Of a DNA stretch of 64,000 nucleotides, positions 63,830-64,000 are shown piece after piece. A model generated the notes under the pieces. The model ran no database searches. It was given only the letters and a program-made list of their open reading frames with translations, and was not told where the DNA came from. How positions within the stretch are numbered: the first letter of the stretch is position 1; each line of letters begins with the position of its first letter. The position numbers and the translations under genes are program-made. Source of the stretch: Rhynchobatus australiae (Eukaryota); contig JAUZTB010000098.1 of assembly GCA_034780895.1 (NCBI GenBank), forward strand, positions 48,070,906-48,134,905, given 5' to 3'.

Positions 63830-63880
63830 CTTGGAGTTCAGTTTGGAGAGATCATACCTCCTTTCAGAAAGATTAAAAAC
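63830..63880 (-). CDS. TNS3: TNS3 exon, PTP-like domain (VFNLSERRYDLSKLNSK), 51 nt, phase 0/0
   Basis: ttttcacag|GTTTTTAATCTT...TCCAAG|gtatgg; translated by hand. Confidence 0.93.
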
Positions 63881-64000
63881 CTGTGAAAAGAAAATGAATT
63901 GATTTAATAAAGGAGCGTGATAATATTTTACTAGCAGTTGTTAACCATAATGTCTTGAAGTTTAAATGTGAAGCTTACAAATAATGTGGTGATCTGATAG

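Larger units (their letters stand above)
11967..63880 (-). other. TNS3: Partial tensin-3 gene span (11 coding exons in window; gene continues beyond both ends)
   Basis: Spliced translation VFNLSERRYDLSKLNSK|[13 protein letters not shown]...HCR|GGKGRIGVV...|...KIQ|GSEHL...|VSHTQGPIDGSLYAKVRKK matches vertebrate tensin-3 as I recall it. HCRGGKGR is TNS3-type (TNS1 has Asn for Cys). All junctions are GT-AG and phase-consistent. Confidence 0.95.

Overview
Eukaryotic genomic DNA, not prokaryotic. The repeat content (CR1/HER1-type LINEs, V-, Deu- and Meta-type SINEs, Rex1 LINEs, Penelope relics) points to a cartilaginous fish, probably a ray (inference). The whole window lies inside one minus-strand gene, tensin-3 (TNS3). 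I assembled eleven coding exons by hand from 63880 down to 11967. All have GT-AG junctions and consistent phases. They encode most of the PTP-like domain, the C2 domain and the start of the disordered region with the talin-binding helix. The 5' exons lie beyond the right edge, and the SH2/PTB exons were not found and presumably lie beyond the left edge. The introns are full of decayed, often nested retroelements and 10-/100-N assembly gaps. Best leads: (1) three candidate alternative TNS3 exons, not among those eleven, whose reading frame and splice phase match the neighbouring exons, one with a possible internal promoter; (2) short Penelope-derived fold-back elements with target-site duplications and decayed minimal hammerhead-ribozyme cores; (3) a CR1 fragment inserted in register into a homologous CR1. 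No wholly new system can be demonstrated from sequence alone. All family assignments are from recognition, not database searches.
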